DNA from: Limosilactobacillus sp.
Lineage (GTDB): Bacteria; Bacillota; Bacilli; Lactobacillales; Lactobacillaceae
Direction of reading: 5' to 3'
NCBI RefSeq assembly: GCF_051873035.1
Contig: NZ_JBJEEL010000010.1
Coordinates: forward strand, 5,129-69,128
Length of the DNA: 64,000 nt
Under the pieces are notes generated by a model that had not been told where the DNA came from, searched no databases, and saw nothing but the letters and a program-made list of their open reading frames with translations. Positions 1 to 12,053 of this stretch are shown in pieces; the first letter of the stretch is position 1; each line of letters starts with the position of its first letter. A program made the position numbers and the translations under genes.

Positions 1-966
1 GGCCTTCTTAGGTACGTAAACTTCGTGCACAAAGGCCTCACCGGTTAATTTTGCGACCGGCTTGAAGACATCCTTGAAGTCATCTTCAATGTCATCATCC
101 GCTTTACTCTTAACATAGAAAAGAGCCCCGGTTGCAAAGACTACGGGTAGGTAGCAAATCAGACCGATAACGGCGATCAGCAGGCCGATGTACATCAGAA
201 CGTAAGTAGCGGTGTAATTACCGTAAAAGGCCAAGCCACCAAAGATTGCGGCCCAAACGACCATCGGTAAGATGATAACCAACAAGGTTACCAAGAAGTA
301 GTTCAACTTGCGACCACCCATGAAGCGCCGACTAGCAGTTAGGGCGTGCCGCATCGATTGACCAAGAAACTGTGGTTGCTTTTCCCGGTACAGGAAGTAA
401 GATTGGGAGAATTCAATACTCTTCCAAATTACAACGATCTCATTTACCAGTTGAATACCGCAAAGCCACATGGCGTTGTGTGTTAAGCCGCCGACCACAT
501 CTGCAACGATGGTTAACGACAGGCTCCACAAGAAGATAAACAGACCAATGTAAAGGGCAATCCGCCACAGTTGGTTCTTCCGTAGGTGCTTAAAGTACAT
601 CCAGATTGAACCAGCACTTACCGGTTGGTCCGGATTAGCCAAGTAGTCTTGGTAGGCATATTGGGCTGCCACCACGTAAAAGTTATAGAAGAAGGACAGC
701 GTGGCAATCAGGGCAATTCCCACGAGTACTTCCAAAAGTCCCATCAACAGTGCTAATGGTGAGGCCATCCCGTACATGATCATCATGACACTCATCATCA
801 TTGACTGCAGAACGTTGGTTGCAAAAAGACTAATAATGCAAACAAGGGCAAAGTAAATAATGGTAACCCCACCGATCGGCCACATCGCTGAAAGGTAGTG
901 TGGCTTCACCAGGGCCTTGAGATCCTTCACGAAGTCACTCAAGGATAAACTATGCTGTTTCTTCAT
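1..966 (-). CDS. DUF975-like integral membrane protein (3' end runs off the window)
   Basis: Manual translation from ATG 966 (MKKQHSLSLSDFVKDLK...) stays open to position 1. It has several hydrophobic segments and an 'FSQSYFLY...ALTASRRFMGGRK' motif typical of DUF975. RBS AGGTGG lies upstream. Not in the ORF track because it is truncated. Confidence 0.7.
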   Translation of the reverse strand, partial: MKKQHSLSLSDFVKDLKALVKPHYLSAMWPIGGVTIIYFALVCIISLFATNVLQSMMMSVMMIMYGMASPLALLMGLLEVLVGIALIATLSFFYNFYVVAAQYAYQDYLANPDQPVSAGSIWMYFKHLRKNQLWRIALYIGLFIFLWSLSLTIVADVVGGLTHNAMWLCGIQLVNEIVVIWKSIEFSQSYFLYREKQPQFLGQSMRHALTASRRFMGGRKLNYFLVTLLVIILPMVVWAAIFGGLAFYGNYTATYVLMYIGLLIAVIGLICYLPVVFATGALFYVKSKADDDIEDDFKDVFKPVAKLTGEAFVHEVYVPKKA

Positions 967-1106
967 ATAAAAAACAATCCACCTTTTTAACTCAATTTGT
1001 TTTCCATCATACCACAACCTGTGCAGAGCTCAATTCTTTGGGCAGATCTTCGCACTTTTTTCATTAATTCAAAAGAGCATACGGCCCGCAGAACCCCCAC
1101 AAGCGC

Positions 1107-1153
1107 AAATAGGCTTCAAGTGTTCAGATCACCCGAATACTTGAAGCCTATTT
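1107..1153. terminator. Hairpin downstream of gpmA (member of the TTCGG/CCGAA hairpin family)
   Basis: AAATAGGCTTCAAGTGTTC...GAATACTTGAAGCCTATTT inverted repeat. Confidence 0.7.
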
Positions 1154-1182
1154 AATTTAACTCAATGTGTAGCACTTATATT

Positions 1183-1869
1183 TTAGTACTTTTCCTTGCT
1201 CAATACGTTGAGCTTGTCATCGAAGTCGTAAACAACTGGTTGGCCGGTTGCCATTTCCAGGTTCATGATGTCTTCGTCAGAAATGTTTTCGATGTACTTG
1301 CTCAATGCACGCAGTGAGTTACCGTGGGCAGCAATGATAACGTTCTTGCCATCCAACAGCTTTGGTGCAATTTGGTCTTGCCACAATGGGATAACCCGTT
1401 CCAGCGTAACCTTTAAGTTTTCACCACCAGGAATAGCCCGTGGGTCCAGGTTAGCGTAACGACGGTCGTTAGCAGCAGAACCTTCGTCGTCAGCACTCAG
1501 CAGTGGCGGCAAAACATCGTATGAACGACGCCAAATGTGAACTTGTTCGTCACCGTACTTTTCAGCGGCCTTCTTCTTGTTGTGGCCTTGAAGAGCACCG
1601 TAGTGACGTTCGTTCAAACGCCAAGTCTTGTATTCAGGAATCCACAATTGGTCACATTCTTCAAGTGCGTAGTGCAAAGTCTTGATAGCCCGCTTCAAAA
1701 CAGAAGTGTAGGCGTAGTCAAATTCAATGCCGTGTTCCTTAAGGGCCTTACCAGCGTTCTTAGCTTGTTCAACACCCTTTTCACTTAAATCAACATCAAC
1801 CCAACCGGTGAATTGATTGGACAGGTTCCATTCACTTTGACCGTGACGGATAAGTACTAATTTAGCCAT
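1183..1869 (-). CDS. gpmA: 2,3-bisphosphoglycerate-dependent phosphoglycerate mutase
   Basis: [19 protein letters not shown] and AHGNSLR motifs; ATG 1869 behind AGAGG. Confidence 0.97.
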   Translation of the reverse strand: MAKLVLIRHGQSEWNLSNQFTGWVDVDLSEKGVEQAKNAGKALKEHGIEFDYAYTSVLKRAIKTLHYALEECDQLWIPEYKTWRLNERHYGALQGHNKKKAAEKYGDEQVHIWRRSYDVLPPLLSADDEGSAANDRRYANLDPRAIPGGENLKVTLERVIPLWQDQIAPKLLDGKNVIIAAHGNSLRALSKYIENISDEDIMNLEMATGQPVVYDFDDKLNVLSKEKY

Positions 1870-1962
1870 GTTCAAATTGACCTCTTTCTTCTTAAAATCA
1901 CTATATTATATAGCATACCCTACCATTTTAATCCAACCGGCTTAAAAATCCAATAGTAGGGA

Positions 1963-3231
1963 CTAATTTTCGGTCGTCAGCCCCGCCTTGGCACCAATGT
2001 CGTGGCGGTAAAAGCACTCCGGTTCGTTCAAACTAGCCAGGTAAGCATAGACCCGGTCGTGGGCCGTTTGAAGTGAATCGGCTAAGGTTTCCACCATTAA
2101 TAACCGGCCCCCGTTCCCGACGAGCTGGTCCTGGTCACCAGCAACGTTAGCATAGTCAATACTAATTCCGGCAACTTGGGGGAAACGGCCTAGGGTTTGA
2201 CCGTGAACCGGCTTTTGCGGATAGCCCTTGGAAGCGAGCACGACACCAAAACTAGCCTGTGAGCTGGTCTTTACTTCTGGCAGGGGCTGGTCATTAAGTG
2301 CCCGGTCAACCAGTTCGAACAAGTCGGTCGCTAGTCGGGGTAGAATCACCTGGGTTTCTGGATCACCAAGCCGAACGTTATACTCAATTACCTTCGGACC
2401 CGCCGCGGTCATAATGAGGCCGATGTAAAGGATACCGTGGTAGTGGTACTCACCAGCCACCAGGCCATTAACAGTTGGTTCGACGACCTCATCAATGATT
2501 TGCTGGCGCGCGGCCGCCGATAGTTGGGGTAACGGGCTGTAAGCACCCATCCCCCCGGTATTGGGTCCCCGGTCACCATCATAGGCCCGCTTATGGTCTT
2601 GGGCCATTGGTAAAATCCGGTAGTGACCATTGCTCAATAGGACAAACATGGAGTATTCCTGCCCCGTCAGGCATTCCTCCAGTACCAACCGGGCCTGCCC
2701 GCTAGCAAACATTTCCTTGATCGTCCTAATGGCGGTTTCTCGGTCTGGCGCAATTACAACCCCTTTGCCGCCGGCTAGGCCATTTTCCTTAATCACAAGT
2801 GGGAAGCTAAACTGGTCAACCCCGGCTAACGCAGCCGTTTGATCACGGTACGAAGCGTGGCGGGCGGTTGGTACCCCGTAATTATTCATGAAGTTAAGGG
2901 CATAGTCTTTGGAGCCTTCGAGCTGGGCCGCCCGGGCACGCGGGCCAAACGCCTTTAAACCCGCTGCCTGAAAGTCATCCACGATTCCATCAACCAGACA
3001 ATCTTCCGGGCCCACAAAGGTCCAGGCTACGTCATGTTCCTTAGCGAATTTAATGAGGCCGGCAAAATCAGTTTCCGCAATATCAACCGGCTGGACGCCC
3101 ACCGTCGACATCCCAACATTTCCCGGTGCACAATAAACTTGCTTAACGTGGGGACTGGCCTGTAATTTTTTAGCAATCGCAAACTCCCGACCACCTTCAC
3201 CAACAACTAATAGATTAACCTGTTCTGACAT
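1963..3231 (-). CDS. purD: Phosphoribosylamine-glycine ligase
   Basis: GGRE, GLAGGKGV, DHKR...GPNTGGMG and RLGDPETQ motifs. Confidence 0.97.
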   Translation of the reverse strand: MSEQVNLLVVGEGGREFAIAKKLQASPHVKQVYCAPGNVGMSTVGVQPVDIAETDFAGLIKFAKEHDVAWTFVGPEDCLVDGIVDDFQAAGLKAFGPRARAAQLEGSKDYALNFMNNYGVPTARHASYRDQTAALAGVDQFSFPLVIKENGLAGGKGVVIAPDRETAIRTIKEMFASGQARLVLEECLTGQEYSMFVLLSNGHYRILPMAQDHKRAYDGDRGPNTGGMGAYSPLPQLSAAARQQIIDEVVEPTVNGLVAGEYHYHGILYIGLIMTAAGPKVIEYNVRLGDPETQVILPRLATDLFELVDRALNDQPLPEVKTSSQASFGVVLASKGYPQKPVHGQTLGRFPQVAGISIDYANVAGDQDQLVGNGGRLLMVETLADSLQTAHDRVYAYLASLNEPECFYRHDIGAKAGLTTEN

Positions 3232-3248
3232 GCTAACCCTCCTACTAA

Positions 3249-4787
3249 TTAGTGCCGGAAATGCCGGACGCCAGTTGTTACCATGGCAATTCCATACTTA
3301 TTAGCCATGTCGATCGATTCCTGGTCCCGGATCGAGCCACCTGGTTGAACCACGGCCTTAATCCCGTGCTGACCGGCATATTCAACGCAATCACCAAACG
3401 GGAAGAAGGCATCACTGGCCATCACGGTGCGGTCATCGATATCGTCACCGGCGTGCTTAACGGCAATTTTTAGTGAGTCAATTCGGTTCGGCTGACCTTC
3501 GCCTACCCCGAGGGTCCGGTCACCATTGGCGACCACAATGGCATTAGACTTGGCGTGCTTAACCGCCTTCCAGGCAAACATCAGGGCCTTGAGCTGGTCT
3601 TCACTTGGCTGGGCCTTGGTGACACACTTCCAGTCATGGTAGTCCTCAGTTAGGACATCTTGTTCCTGCATCAAGAGACCGCCCATAACCGAAACAACCT
3701 CGTGACGCGGTTCTTCATCCTTCTTACTAAAGTCAACGGTCAGTAAGCGGATGTTCTTCTTCTTGGCTAAAACCGCGTAGGCATCATCATCGAACCCGGG
3801 GGCAATGACGATTTCCAAGAAGATCTTGTGCATCTTTTCCGCCGTAGCCAGGTCAACTTGCCGGTTAAGGGCAATGACACCCCCGAAAATTGAAACCGGA
3901 TCCGCTTCGTAGGCCCGGTCCCAGGCCTGTTCAAGGTTGGCACCGCGGCCGATCCCACACGGGTTCATGTGCTTCATGGCAACAACCGTTGGTTCGTCAA
4001 ACTCACGGATACACCGCAGGGCCTCATCCGCATCCTTAATATTATTGTAGGAAAGTTTCTTGCCGTGCAGCTGCTTAGCGGCCAGTACCGAGTATGACTT
4101 TGGCAAGGCGTCTTCGTACAACCAGGCCTTCTGGTGACTGTTTTCCCCGTAGCGCATCGTTTCCTTGAGGTCCCAAGTCAAAGTTAACTTTTCCGGATCT
4201 TCCAGGCCATTTTGCTTGGTCAGGTATTGGGCGATTAGGGCATCGTAAGCAGCCGTGTGCCGGAAGGCCTTGGCAGCCAGTTGCGCCCGGGTCGCTAGCG
4301 TCGTCGTTCCCTGGTTCTTAATTTCGGCAAGAACCCGGTCATAGTCAGCCTGGTCAACCACAATCGTGACGTCTCGGTAGTTTTTAGCGGCGGACCGGAC
4401 CATTGATGGGCCACCAATATCAATATTTTCAATCGCATCGGCTAGCTTAACGTCCGCCTGTTCGATCGTCTGCTTAAACGGGTAGAGGTTGACACAGACC
4501 AAGTCGATTGGCGTAATGTTAAGTTTCTTCAGCGTTGCCATGTGTTCAGGTAGCTCTCGCCGGGCTAACAGGCCACCATGGACGTAGGGATTTAGTGTCT
4601 TAACCCGGCCATCAAGGATTTCAGGGAAGTGGGTCACGTCTTCAATGCTAATCGTCTTAACTCCTGCTTCATCTAAGACCCGCTTGGTTCCGCCAGTAGA
4701 AACAATTTCGTAGCCGTTATCAACTAATCCTTGGACAAAGGGGACTAGGTTCGTCTTGTCCGATACGCTTACCAATGCTCGTTTCAT
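3249..4787 (-). CDS. purH: Bifunctional AICAR transformylase / IMP cyclohydrolase
   Basis: [26 protein letters not shown] and SDAFFPF motifs. Confidence 0.98.
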   Translation of the reverse strand: MKRALVSVSDKTNLVPFVQGLVDNGYEIVSTGGTKRVLDEAGVKTISIEDVTHFPEILDGRVKTLNPYVHGGLLARRELPEHMATLKKLNITPIDLVCVNLYPFKQTIEQADVKLADAIENIDIGGPSMVRSAAKNYRDVTIVVDQADYDRVLAEIKNQGTTTLATRAQLAAKAFRHTAAYDALIAQYLTKQNGLEDPEKLTLTWDLKETMRYGENSHQKAWLYEDALPKSYSVLAAKQLHGKKLSYNNIKDADEALRCIREFDEPTVVAMKHMNPCGIGRGANLEQAWDRAYEADPVSIFGGVIALNRQVDLATAEKMHKIFLEIVIAPGFDDDAYAVLAKKKNIRLLTVDFSKKDEEPRHEVVSVMGGLLMQEQDVLTEDYHDWKCVTKAQPSEDQLKALMFAWKAVKHAKSNAIVVANGDRTLGVGEGQPNRIDSLKIAVKHAGDDIDDRTVMASDAFFPFGDCVEYAGQHGIKAVVQPGGSIRDQESIDMANKYGIAMVTTGVRHFRH

Positions 4788-4789
4788 TA

Positions 4790-5371
4790 TTAAAACTCCT
4801 TTTCTGTTGCCGCTAATAGTGCTTCACGTAATGCTAATGGGTACAGCTGGTGTTCAGTGGCATGAACCCGTTTCTCCAAACTTGTCAGGGTGTCATCTTT
4901 TCGAATTGGGACGTGGCACTGGGCAATTATTGGACCGGCATCCAGGGCCGCGTCAATATAGTGGACCGTTACCCCTGTCCGGGGACGGTGGTCATTAAAG
5001 GCCCGCTCAATAGAATGTAACCCCGGATACTCCGGCAGCCACGCCGGATGCAGGTTTACGATACGGTGGTCATATTCAGTTAAAATGGTCGGTCCAACTA
5101 CCCGTAGGTACCCCGCCAGGGCAATGAAGTCAACCCGGTACTCTTTCAACACCGCCAGTAGTTTCTTCTCATATTCTTCTTTGCTCCCGCAAGACTTCAC
5201 CGTAAAGCTAACTGCCGGAACCCCCAGTCGTTTGGCGCGGGCCATCACCGGGGCGTCCGGGTGGTTACAAAAGAGTAATACCAGTTCCCCCGGAAGGTCA
5301 CCGGCCTGGAAATGCCGGGCAAGTTCTTCAAAGTTAGTCCCGTTACCAGATGCCAAAATTGCTACTTTCAT
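4790..5371 (-). CDS. purN: Phosphoribosylglycinamide formyltransferase
   Basis: ASGNGTN, NLHP and GVTVHY..DAGPII motifs. Confidence 0.97.
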   Translation of the reverse strand: MKVAILASGNGTNFEELARHFQAGDLPGELVLLFCNHPDAPVMARAKRLGVPAVSFTVKSCGSKEEYEKKLLAVLKEYRVDFIALAGYLRVVGPTILTEYDHRIVNLHPAWLPEYPGLHSIERAFNDHRPRTGVTVHYIDAALDAGPIIAQCHVPIRKDDTLTSLEKRVHATEHQLYPLALREALLAATEKEF

Positions 5372-5380
5372 CTCATTGCC

Positions 5381-6418
5381 TCACTTAATCTCGATCTTTT
5401 CTGCACCCGCTGGCCGTGGTTGGAGGGCCCCAATCCGGTAGTACGGCTGCTGCTGATCTTGCAATACCTTTTCAACAGTTGCTAATCGATCTGGCGCAAC
5501 TGCTAACACGAAGCCGATCCCCATATTAAAGGTCGACCAACAATCGGCTAGCGGGAGGTCACCAAGTTGGCGGAGGTAGTTAAAGACGGGCAGCTGGGGC
5601 CAGCTTTGCCCATCAATTACCGCCTGCAAGTTATCCGCAAACATCCGTGGAACATTTTCAATCAGGCCACCACCCGTAATGTGGCTAATCCCGTGGACCA
5701 GACCCTGCCGAAGTAATGGTAGGACCGGACGAACATAAATTTTCGTCGGTTCGAGGATGGCCGCACCCACGGTTGCTCCCGCAAGTTCCGCTGGTCGATC
5801 ACTGAGTTGAACATCGTGGTCCTTAAATAAGATTTGCCGAACCAAGGAAAAGCCGTTTGAATGCAGACCACTGGATGGTAACCCTAACAAGATATCCCCT
5901 GCTGCTGGTCGGTCGGCGGTTAACAAGGCCGCCTTATCAACCACGCCGGTCACGGTTCCCGCCAAGTCATACTCCTCTTTGGCATACATATCTGGCATCT
6001 CCGCCGTTTCACCACCAATCAAGGCTGCTCCTGCCTGCTGGCATCCTTTAGCAACCCCACTGACAATCGCTGCCATCTTAGCTGGCTCGTTATGACCAGC
6101 TGCAATGTAATCGAGAAAGAAGAGTGGTTCGGCCCCCTGCGCCAACACATCGTTGACACACATTGCGACCACGTCAATTCCAATGGTGTCATGTTTGGCC
6201 ATCTTTTGGGCAATTAATAGTTTGGTTCCGACCCCATCGGTTCCTGAAACAAGGATCGGATGTTTCACGTGTAACATCCCCAGGTCAAACAGGCCACCAA
6301 AGCTGCCAATACCGCCCACCACTCCGGGACGGTTAGTTGAGGCCACGGCCTTTTTAATGCGGTCAACCAGTTCATAACCGGCATTAACATCGACCCCGGC
6401 TGCTTGATAACGGTTCAT
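5381..6418 (-). CDS. purM: Phosphoribosylformylglycinamidine cyclo-ligase
   Basis: YQAAGVD, TDGVGTK, GGETAEMP and HITGGG motifs. Confidence 0.98.
   Translation of the reverse strand: MNRYQAAGVDVNAGYELVDRIKKAVASTNRPGVVGGIGSFGGLFDLGMLHVKHPILVSGTDGVGTKLLIAQKMAKHDTIGIDVVAMCVNDVLAQGAEPLFFLDYIAAGHNEPAKMAAIVSGVAKGCQQAGAALIGGETAEMPDMYAKEEYDLAGTVTGVVDKAALLTADRPAAGDILLGLPSSGLHSNGFSLVRQILFKDHDVQLSDRPAELAGATVGAAILEPTKIYVRPVLPLLRQGLVHGISHITGGGLIENVPRMFADNLQAVIDGQSWPQLPVFNYLRQLGDLPLADCWSTFNMGIGFVLAVAPDRLATVEKVLQDQQQPYYRIGALQPRPAGAEKIEIK
6261..6276. promoter_or_regulatory. parS centromere-like site (inside purM)
   Basis: TGTTTCACGTGTAACA; its reverse complement TGTTACACGTGAAACA matches the Firmicute parS consensus TGTTNCACGTGAAACA. 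Confidence 0.75.
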
Positions 6419-7881
6419 CGACTAGCACGCTCCTTTCGCTCACGCTGTTCTTGCTCGTTCAATGATTTTAAGTAACCGGCCTCGTAGTCATACAGTGGTG
6501 TCGGATAATCACCATTAAAGTAGGCGACCGTCAACCCGCCATAGGGCGCATTCCCAGCATCCGGGACATTAATCGAATTGATCAGGCCCTTGATGCTTAG
6601 GAAATTCAGGCTGTCGGCCCCAATCCGGCGGCGCATCTCGTCAACCGAGTAGTGGGCCGCAAACAACTCGGACCGGGTAGAAATATCAATCCCGTAGAAG
6701 CAGGGAAACTTGAATGGCGGTGAGGCAATCAGCATGTGGACCTCACGAGCACCGGCGGCCCGGAGCATTTTGATAATCTGCTTAGAGGTGGTCCCCCGCA
6801 CAATCGAGTCATCGACCACCGCCACCCGTTTACCACTGACCACACCGCGAACGGCCGAGAGCTTCAGGTGTACCCCCCGCTCGCGTAGTGCCTGGGTTGG
6901 CTGAATAAAGGTCCGGGCCACGTACTGGCTCTTGATTAACCCCATTTCATACGGTAGGCCAATCTCCTCAGCATACCCCGAGGCGGCCGACAGTGAAGAG
7001 TTCGGCACCCCAATCACCATATCGGCATCCACCGGGTGTTCCCGGGCCAGTTGCCGTCCCATCGCCTTACGGGCATTATGAACGGTTACCCCATGGATAA
7101 TCGAATCCGGCCGGGCAAAGTAGATATATTCCATTGAGCAAATGGCCAGTTGGGTCTTGGTGGTGTAGTGGTCGATGTGTAGGCCATCACGGTCAATGAT
7201 GATCAACTCCCCTGGCTGAACGTCCCGCACAAAGCTGGCATTAACGATATCCAGGGCGCAAGTTTCGCTAGCGACCACGTAGGCCCCGTTGGCCAACTGG
7301 CCAATACACAGTGGGCGAATACCATTCGGGTCGAGGGCCGCAATCAGGCGGTCCTTTTGCAAAAGCAGGTAGGCAAAGCCCCCGTGGACCTGGTTGAGGC
7401 TTTCCTTCAGTGCTGGTATTAGGCCCTTTTTAATGTGCTTGCGAATCAAATGGATCAAAATTTCCGTATCAGAATCAGACTGAAAGACGGCCCCCTCGTC
7501 TTCAAGTTGACGACGGAGGGTGACTGCGTTAGTCAAGTTGCCGTTATGGGCCAGGGCAATATCACCATCGTGGAAGTGGAACAAAAAAGGCTGGACATTC
7601 ACAATCGAGTTATGGCCACTAGTTCCGTAACGAACATGACCAATCGCCGAATCGCCAACCAACCGTTTTAATTCGGCCGGGTCGGCAAAGACCTTTGCTA
7701 GTAACCCCCGGTCCCGGTGCTGGTAAAGCTGTTGACCATCAGTAGAGACAATTCCGGCTCCTTCTTGTCCCCGGTGTTGGAGGGTATGCAGGCCGTAGTA
7801 GGTCAGCTGGCTGGCATCAGGCGCGCCAAAGACGCCAAAGACACCACATTCTTCATTTAGTCCTTTGATTTCAGCTGGCAC
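6415..7881 (-). CDS. purF: Amidophosphoribosyltransferase
   Basis: Propeptide + EECGVFG, QHRGQ, HNGNL and [10 protein letters not shown] motifs. Confidence 0.98.
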   Translation of the reverse strand: MPAEIKGLNEECGVFGVFGAPDASQLTYYGLHTLQHRGQEGAGIVSTDGQQLYQHRDRGLLAKVFADPAELKRLVGDSAIGHVRYGTSGHNSIVNVQPFLFHFHDGDIALAHNGNLTNAVTLRRQLEDEGAVFQSDSDTEILIHLIRKHIKKGLIPALKESLNQVHGGFAYLLLQKDRLIAALDPNGIRPLCIGQLANGAYVVASETCALDIVNASFVRDVQPGELIIIDRDGLHIDHYTTKTQLAICSMEYIYFARPDSIIHGVTVHNARKAMGRQLAREHPVDADMVIGVPNSSLSAASGYAEEIGLPYEMGLIKSQYVARTFIQPTQALRERGVHLKLSAVRGVVSGKRVAVVDDSIVRGTTSKQIIKMLRAAGAREVHMLIASPPFKFPCFYGIDISTRSELFAAHYSVDEMRRRIGADSLNFLSIKGLINSINVPDAGNAPYGGLTVAYFNGDYPTPLYDYEAGYLKSLNEQEQRERKERASR

Positions 7882-10085
7882 GGCAAAGCCTCCTCCCAGA
7901 TTTTCTGTAATTCCGTAACATTCTCATTCAGCTCGGCATCGGCTAAGTGGGCTTCTAACCAGTGGGTATTAGTGACGGCCCCAATTAATTGGGCCGCCGT
8001 ACCGACCTTCTTTTCAAAGGCGGCCGCAAAGTTAGCTGGAACGGTAACGAGCAACCGGCCCGGCGTCTCGCTAAAGAGCTGGTTGGCCGTTACTTGTCGT
8101 AAGTCGAGGTCGAAGCCGTAGTCCGTCTTAAAGAGGGCCTCACTCAAGGCCACCCCGAGGCCACCTTCACTCAGGTCATGGGCACTTGCGACATGGCCGG
8201 CCTGCATCTCGGCCAGCACGCTGGTCAACTGGCGGTGGACCTGGTCAAGGTCAAATTCATTCAGGGTACCACCGATCTCCCCCGTCAGCATCTTTTGCAA
8301 TTCAGACCCCGCATAGTCAGCGCCGGTCCGTCCCACCAGGTAAACCCGGTCACCGGGGTGTTGGACCGTCATCGGGATCACGCGGTCAACGTTTTTAACC
8401 AGACCAACCATCCCCACCATTGGCGTTGGGTGGATCGCCTGCCCGTTGTTTTCGTTGTACAGGGAAACATTGCCCGAAATAACCGGGGTATCAAAGACCC
8501 GGCAGGCAGCGGCCATCCCCGCAACGGACTGGTGGAGTTCCCAGAAAATCTCGGGATCATTCGGGTCCCCATAGTTCAGGCAGTCCGTAATCGCTAGCGG
8601 TTCGGCACCGGCGGCAATTACGTTAGCGGCTGCCTCAACCAAGGCAATTTGGCCCCCAACCTTAGGGCTGAGGTAAACAAAGCGACCATTACCATCAGTA
8701 GTCATCGCAAGGGCCTTGTGTGTTCCGCGAACCCGAATCACTCCCGCGTCGCTACCGGGACCGACAACCGTGTTAGTCCGAACCTGCGAGTCATACTGCT
8801 GGTAAAGACTACTCTTATCCGCAACGGTGCTCTGTTGAAGCAGGCGCCGTAAAATAGCTGCCGGATCCTTAATAGCGGGTTGCCAGGCGGGTGCCGATTC
8901 AGCAGCCGAAATCCGGGCCGGTTTCTTTTCGGCACTGGCCTCTTCCAGCACGTCATCGGTTAGGCTGGCTACCGGAATGTCACAGACAACCTGACCATCG
9001 TGGTGTAAAACGTACTGGTGACCGTCAGTAATCCGCCCGATCGTAACGGCTTCTAGGTCGTAGTTATCGAAAATCTGTCGAACATCTTCTTCGTGACCCT
9101 TGTTGACACACAGGAGCATCCGTTCCTGTGATTCGCTCAGCATAATTTCATAAGCCGACATATTGGCTTCCCGCTGGGGTACCAGGTCTAAGTTGAGGTT
9201 CATCCCGCTCTTTCCTTCCGCGGCCATTTCGGCACTGGAGGACACAATCCCAGCGGCCCCCATGTCTTGAATCCCAACTAGCCAGTCGGGATGTTTGGTA
9301 ATGACTTCTAGGCAGGCTTCCAAAAGTAGTTTTTCCATGAAGGGATCACCCACCTGGACAGCTGACCGTTGGGTGGCGTGCTCATCACTAAAGTCAGCCG
9401 AAGCAAAGGTGGCCCCGTGAATACCATCACGCCCGGTCTTGGCACCGACGTACATCACCGCGTTGCCAACCCCGGCGGCCTTCCCCTTTTGAATGTCCTT
9501 TTGGTCCATCAGGCCAACACTCATGGCATTGCACAAGACGTTACCCTGGTAGCAGGGATCAAAAGTGGTTTCGCCAGCCACCGTCGGAATCCCCATACAG
9601 TTACCGTAGTCACCGATCCCCCGAACGGTCCCCGTAACTTTCATCCGGGTCTGATCGTTATCTAATTCGCCAAAGTGGAGTGAGTCGAGCGAGGCCACCG
9701 GACGGGCACCCATGCTAAAGATGTCCCGGAGAATTCCACCGACCCCGGTTGCTGCTCCCTGGTAAGGTTCGACCGTCGTTGGGTGGTTGTGGCTTTCCGC
9801 CTTGAAAACGACCGCCTGTCCATCGTCAATGTCGACGACCCCAGCACCCTCACCAGGTCCCTGCAGGACACGTCTACTCTTGTTGGGAAAAAGCCGCAGG
9901 ACTGGCTTTGACTTCTTATAGGAACAGTGCTCGCTCCACATGGCCGAGAACAGGCCGGTTTCGGTATAGTTAGGTAACCGTCCCAGGAGTTTTTCACTAA
10001 TGTAGTTATACTCATCCTCACTTAGGCTCCAGTCCAGGTAGGGTTTCTTCTCCTTAATTTCTTCCGGTGTCATCGCTTGCTTCAT
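7857..10085 (-). CDS. purL: FGAM synthase subunit PurL
   Basis: [20 protein letters not shown] and SESQERM motifs. Confidence 0.98.
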   Translation of the reverse strand: MKQAMTPEEIKEKKPYLDWSLSEDEYNYISEKLLGRLPNYTETGLFSAMWSEHCSYKKSKPVLRLFPNKSRRVLQGPGEGAGVVDIDDGQAVVFKAESHNHPTTVEPYQGAATGVGGILRDIFSMGARPVASLDSLHFGELDNDQTRMKVTGTVRGIGDYGNCMGIPTVAGETTFDPCYQGNVLCNAMSVGLMDQKDIQKGKAAGVGNAVMYVGAKTGRDGIHGATFASADFSDEHATQRSAVQVGDPFMEKLLLEACLEVITKHPDWLVGIQDMGAAGIVSSSAEMAAEGKSGMNLNLDLVPQREANMSAYEIMLSESQERMLLCVNKGHEEDVRQIFDNYDLEAVTIGRITDGHQYVLHHDGQVVCDIPVASLTDDVLEEASAEKKPARISAAESAPAWQPAIKDPAAILRRLLQQSTVADKSSLYQQYDSQVRTNTVVGPGSDAGVIRVRGTHKALAMTTDGNGRFVYLSPKVGGQIALVEAAANVIAAGAEPLAITDCLNYGDPNDPEIFWELHQSVAGMAAACRVFDTPVISGNVSLYNENNGQAIHPTPMVGMVGLVKNVDRVIPMTVQHPGDRVYLVGRTGADYAGSELQKMLTGEIGGTLNEFDLDQVHRQLTSVLAEMQAGHVASAHDLSEGGLGVALSEALFKTDYGFDLDLRQVTANQLFSETPGRLLVTVPANFAAAFEKKVGTAAQLIGAVTNTHWLEAHLADAELNENVTELQKIWEEALPCQLKSKD

Positions 10086-10088
10086 TAT

Positions 10089-10769
10089 CTATTCCTCCAC
10101 TCGTGCACGACCGTTTTCCAACAGCGACTTAAATAACCGTAGTCCATCAGTATTTCCTAGGATGGCTTCGACTGCCCGCTCGGGGTGGGGCATCATTCCC
10201 AGAACGTTTCCCCGGCGGTTAGTAATCCCCGCAATGTTACGGAGGCTACCGTTGGGATTTTCCTCGGCATAACGGAAAACTACTTGGCGGTGGGCCGCCA
10301 AATCGTCTAGTGTCGCCTGGTCAGCATAGTAACTACCGTCAGCATGGGCAATTGGTAGGGCAATCCGTTCATGGGCCTGGTATTGTTTGGTAAATAGGGT
10401 TTGGTTATTGACGACTTCCAGCGGTACCGTCTTGCAAATAAACTGCTGACTATCATTACGCTTCAAGCCCCCTGGTAACAACCCGGCCTCGGTTAAAATC
10501 TGAAAACCATTGCAGGTCCCGAAAACGGGCTTTCCCTGCTTGGCCATCTTTACTACGGCACCCATCACCGGTGCAAAACGGGCAATGGCACCCGCCCGCA
10601 AATAGTCACCATACGAGAAGCCCCCCGGTAACATCACCGCATCATAATCATCCAGCTGGTCTTGCTTATGGGAAACATAGTCCACATCGGCATGGCAAGC
10701 CGTGGCGAGGGCTTCGTAAATATCAATGTCACAATTAGAACCAGGAAAAACGATTACCGCAATCTTCAT
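10089..10769 (-). CDS. purQ: FGAM synthase glutaminase subunit PurQ
   Basis: [24 protein letters not shown] and MMPHPER motifs. Confidence 0.98.
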   Translation of the reverse strand: MKIAVIVFPGSNCDIDIYEALATACHADVDYVSHKQDQLDDYDAVMLPGGFSYGDYLRAGAIARFAPVMGAVVKMAKQGKPVFGTCNGFQILTEAGLLPGGLKRNDSQQFICKTVPLEVVNNQTLFTKQYQAHERIALPIAHADGSYYADQATLDDLAAHRQVVFRYAEENPNGSLRNIAGITNRRGNVLGMMPHPERAVEAILGNTDGLRLFKSLLENGRARVEE

Positions 10770-11017
10770 TAGTCTTCCTCCATTACTTGGTAGGTATAAG
10801 TTTCCATATTGAAGTTAACCAGCAATTGGTCGGCAATTTCCTTCACGGTTGCGGCTACTTGGTCGCCGGTCGCGGCTACCGTAATGTCAAAGAACTTCCC
10901 AACCTGGACATCTTTAACCTCGTCATGGCCCAAGGTGTGGATGGTCTTTTTAATTGTGTCCCCCTGGGGATCAAATACGGACGGCTTGTAGGTAACGAAA
11001 ATCCGAACTTTAGTCAT
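10769..11017 (-). CDS. purS: FGAM synthase subunit PurS
   Basis: 82 aa with a DPQG motif, located between purC and purQ. Confidence 0.95.
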   Translation of the reverse strand: MTKVRIFVTYKPSVFDPQGDTIKKTIHTLGHDEVKDVQVGKFFDITVAATGDQVAATVKEIADQLLVNFNMETYTYQVMEED

Positions 11018-11736
11018 TAGTCTTCCTCCGCAATTGCTTTTTGTAACCGATCCAAAACTTCATCATAGGTGGTCGTTAAATCGGCCAGGTCCCGCCGGTA
11101 AACATCCTTATCCAGGTGGGCGTTAGTTTTCAGGTCCCATAGGCGGCAGTTGTCCGGCGAAAATTCATCGGCCAAGACGATCCGGCCATCACTGAGGTGA
11201 CCAAATTCCAACTTAAAGTCCACCAGCCGCATCCCGGCCTGGGCAAATAAGTGGGTCAACAGGGTGTTAACTTCGCGGCAAATCCCCCACATTTGCTCTA
11301 GCTCCCAGTGCGTTGCAATACCGAGTGCGATTGCGGCTGATTCATTGATAAAGGGGTCATCAAGCTGATCACTCTTGTAGAAGGTTTCTTCTACCGGTGT
11401 CGTCAGGCCAGTGCCTTCTTTTAGGCCATAGCGGCTCGCAAAGTGGCCCGCGATGATATTCCTGGTAACGAATTCTAATGGAACCATCCGGCACTTTTTG
11501 ACCAGCTCTTCGTTATCGGCCAGCTTCTTAATGAAGTGGGTTTGAATACCATGACGGATCAAATATTGGAAAACCAGGGTTGAAATAGCATTGGCGGCCT
11601 TCCCTTTTCCCGCAAAGTGGTCCTTTTCCTTCCCGTTGAGGGCCGTGGCCTGGTCCATGTAAACGACCCGCAATACTTCGGGATCTGTTGTCTGCCACAT
11701 TTGCTTAGCCTTACCGGTATACAATAACTTTTCCAT
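11017..11736 (-). CDS. purC: SAICAR synthase
   Basis: LYTGKAK, LVDFKLEFG and ADEFSPDNCRLWD motifs; start taken at ATG 11736 behind AGGAG. Confidence 0.97.
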   Translation of the reverse strand: MEKLLYTGKAKQMWQTTDPEVLRVVYMDQATALNGKEKDHFAGKGKAANAISTLVFQYLIRHGIQTHFIKKLADNEELVKKCRMVPLEFVTRNIIAGHFASRYGLKEGTGLTTPVEETFYKSDQLDDPFINESAAIALGIATHWELEQMWGICREVNTLLTHLFAQAGMRLVDFKLEFGHLSDGRIVLADEFSPDNCRLWDLKTNAHLDKDVYRRDLADLTTTYDEVLDRLQKAIAEED

Positions 11737-11759
11737 CTTTTCGCCGACTCCTTCTGATA

Positions 11760-11890
11760 AAAACCGAATATTTTCAAGACACAAGCGAATTTAATTCGCT
11801 CTTTTACGTAATCAATATACTATTTCACAATAATGGTGTCAACATAATACGCTAACTTTATGTATTTTGTTCGGCGAGATAGTTCGTGTT
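11760..11890 (-). promoter_or_regulatory. purC operon promoter with PurBox-like sites
   Basis: TTGACA(11842-11837)-17 nt-TATATT(11819-11814); CGAAY boxes at about 11760-11773, 11866-11878 and 11880-11890. Confidence 0.7.
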
Positions 11891-11945
11891 TTGGCGAAAG
11901 GAGACTTTAAATAGGACTCGAAATCAGTTAATTATCCGTAAAAAA

Positions 11946-11980
11946 AGCTTCTCATATTCTAAGGCAGAATATGAGAAGCT
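11946..11980 (-). terminator. Intrinsic terminator-like hairpin between divergent purC and GNAT genes
   Basis: AGCTTCTCATATTCT-AAGGC-AGAATATGAGAAGCT, a perfect 15-bp stem with a U-tract on the minus strand. Confidence 0.6.
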
Positions 11981-12053
11981 AAAATTCTTAGGTTAACCGC
12001 ATAATTAGCGCTACAATACTAGTAAATTAAAACGTATCAAGGAGGAATCCCTT

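Noticed and set aside
11737-11784. N-terminal extensions given by the ORF track (purC, and likewise purK, pyrD, pyrF, LCP, rsmG, AraC)
   Set aside because: Downstream starts have properly spaced SD sequences and match the family N-termini.
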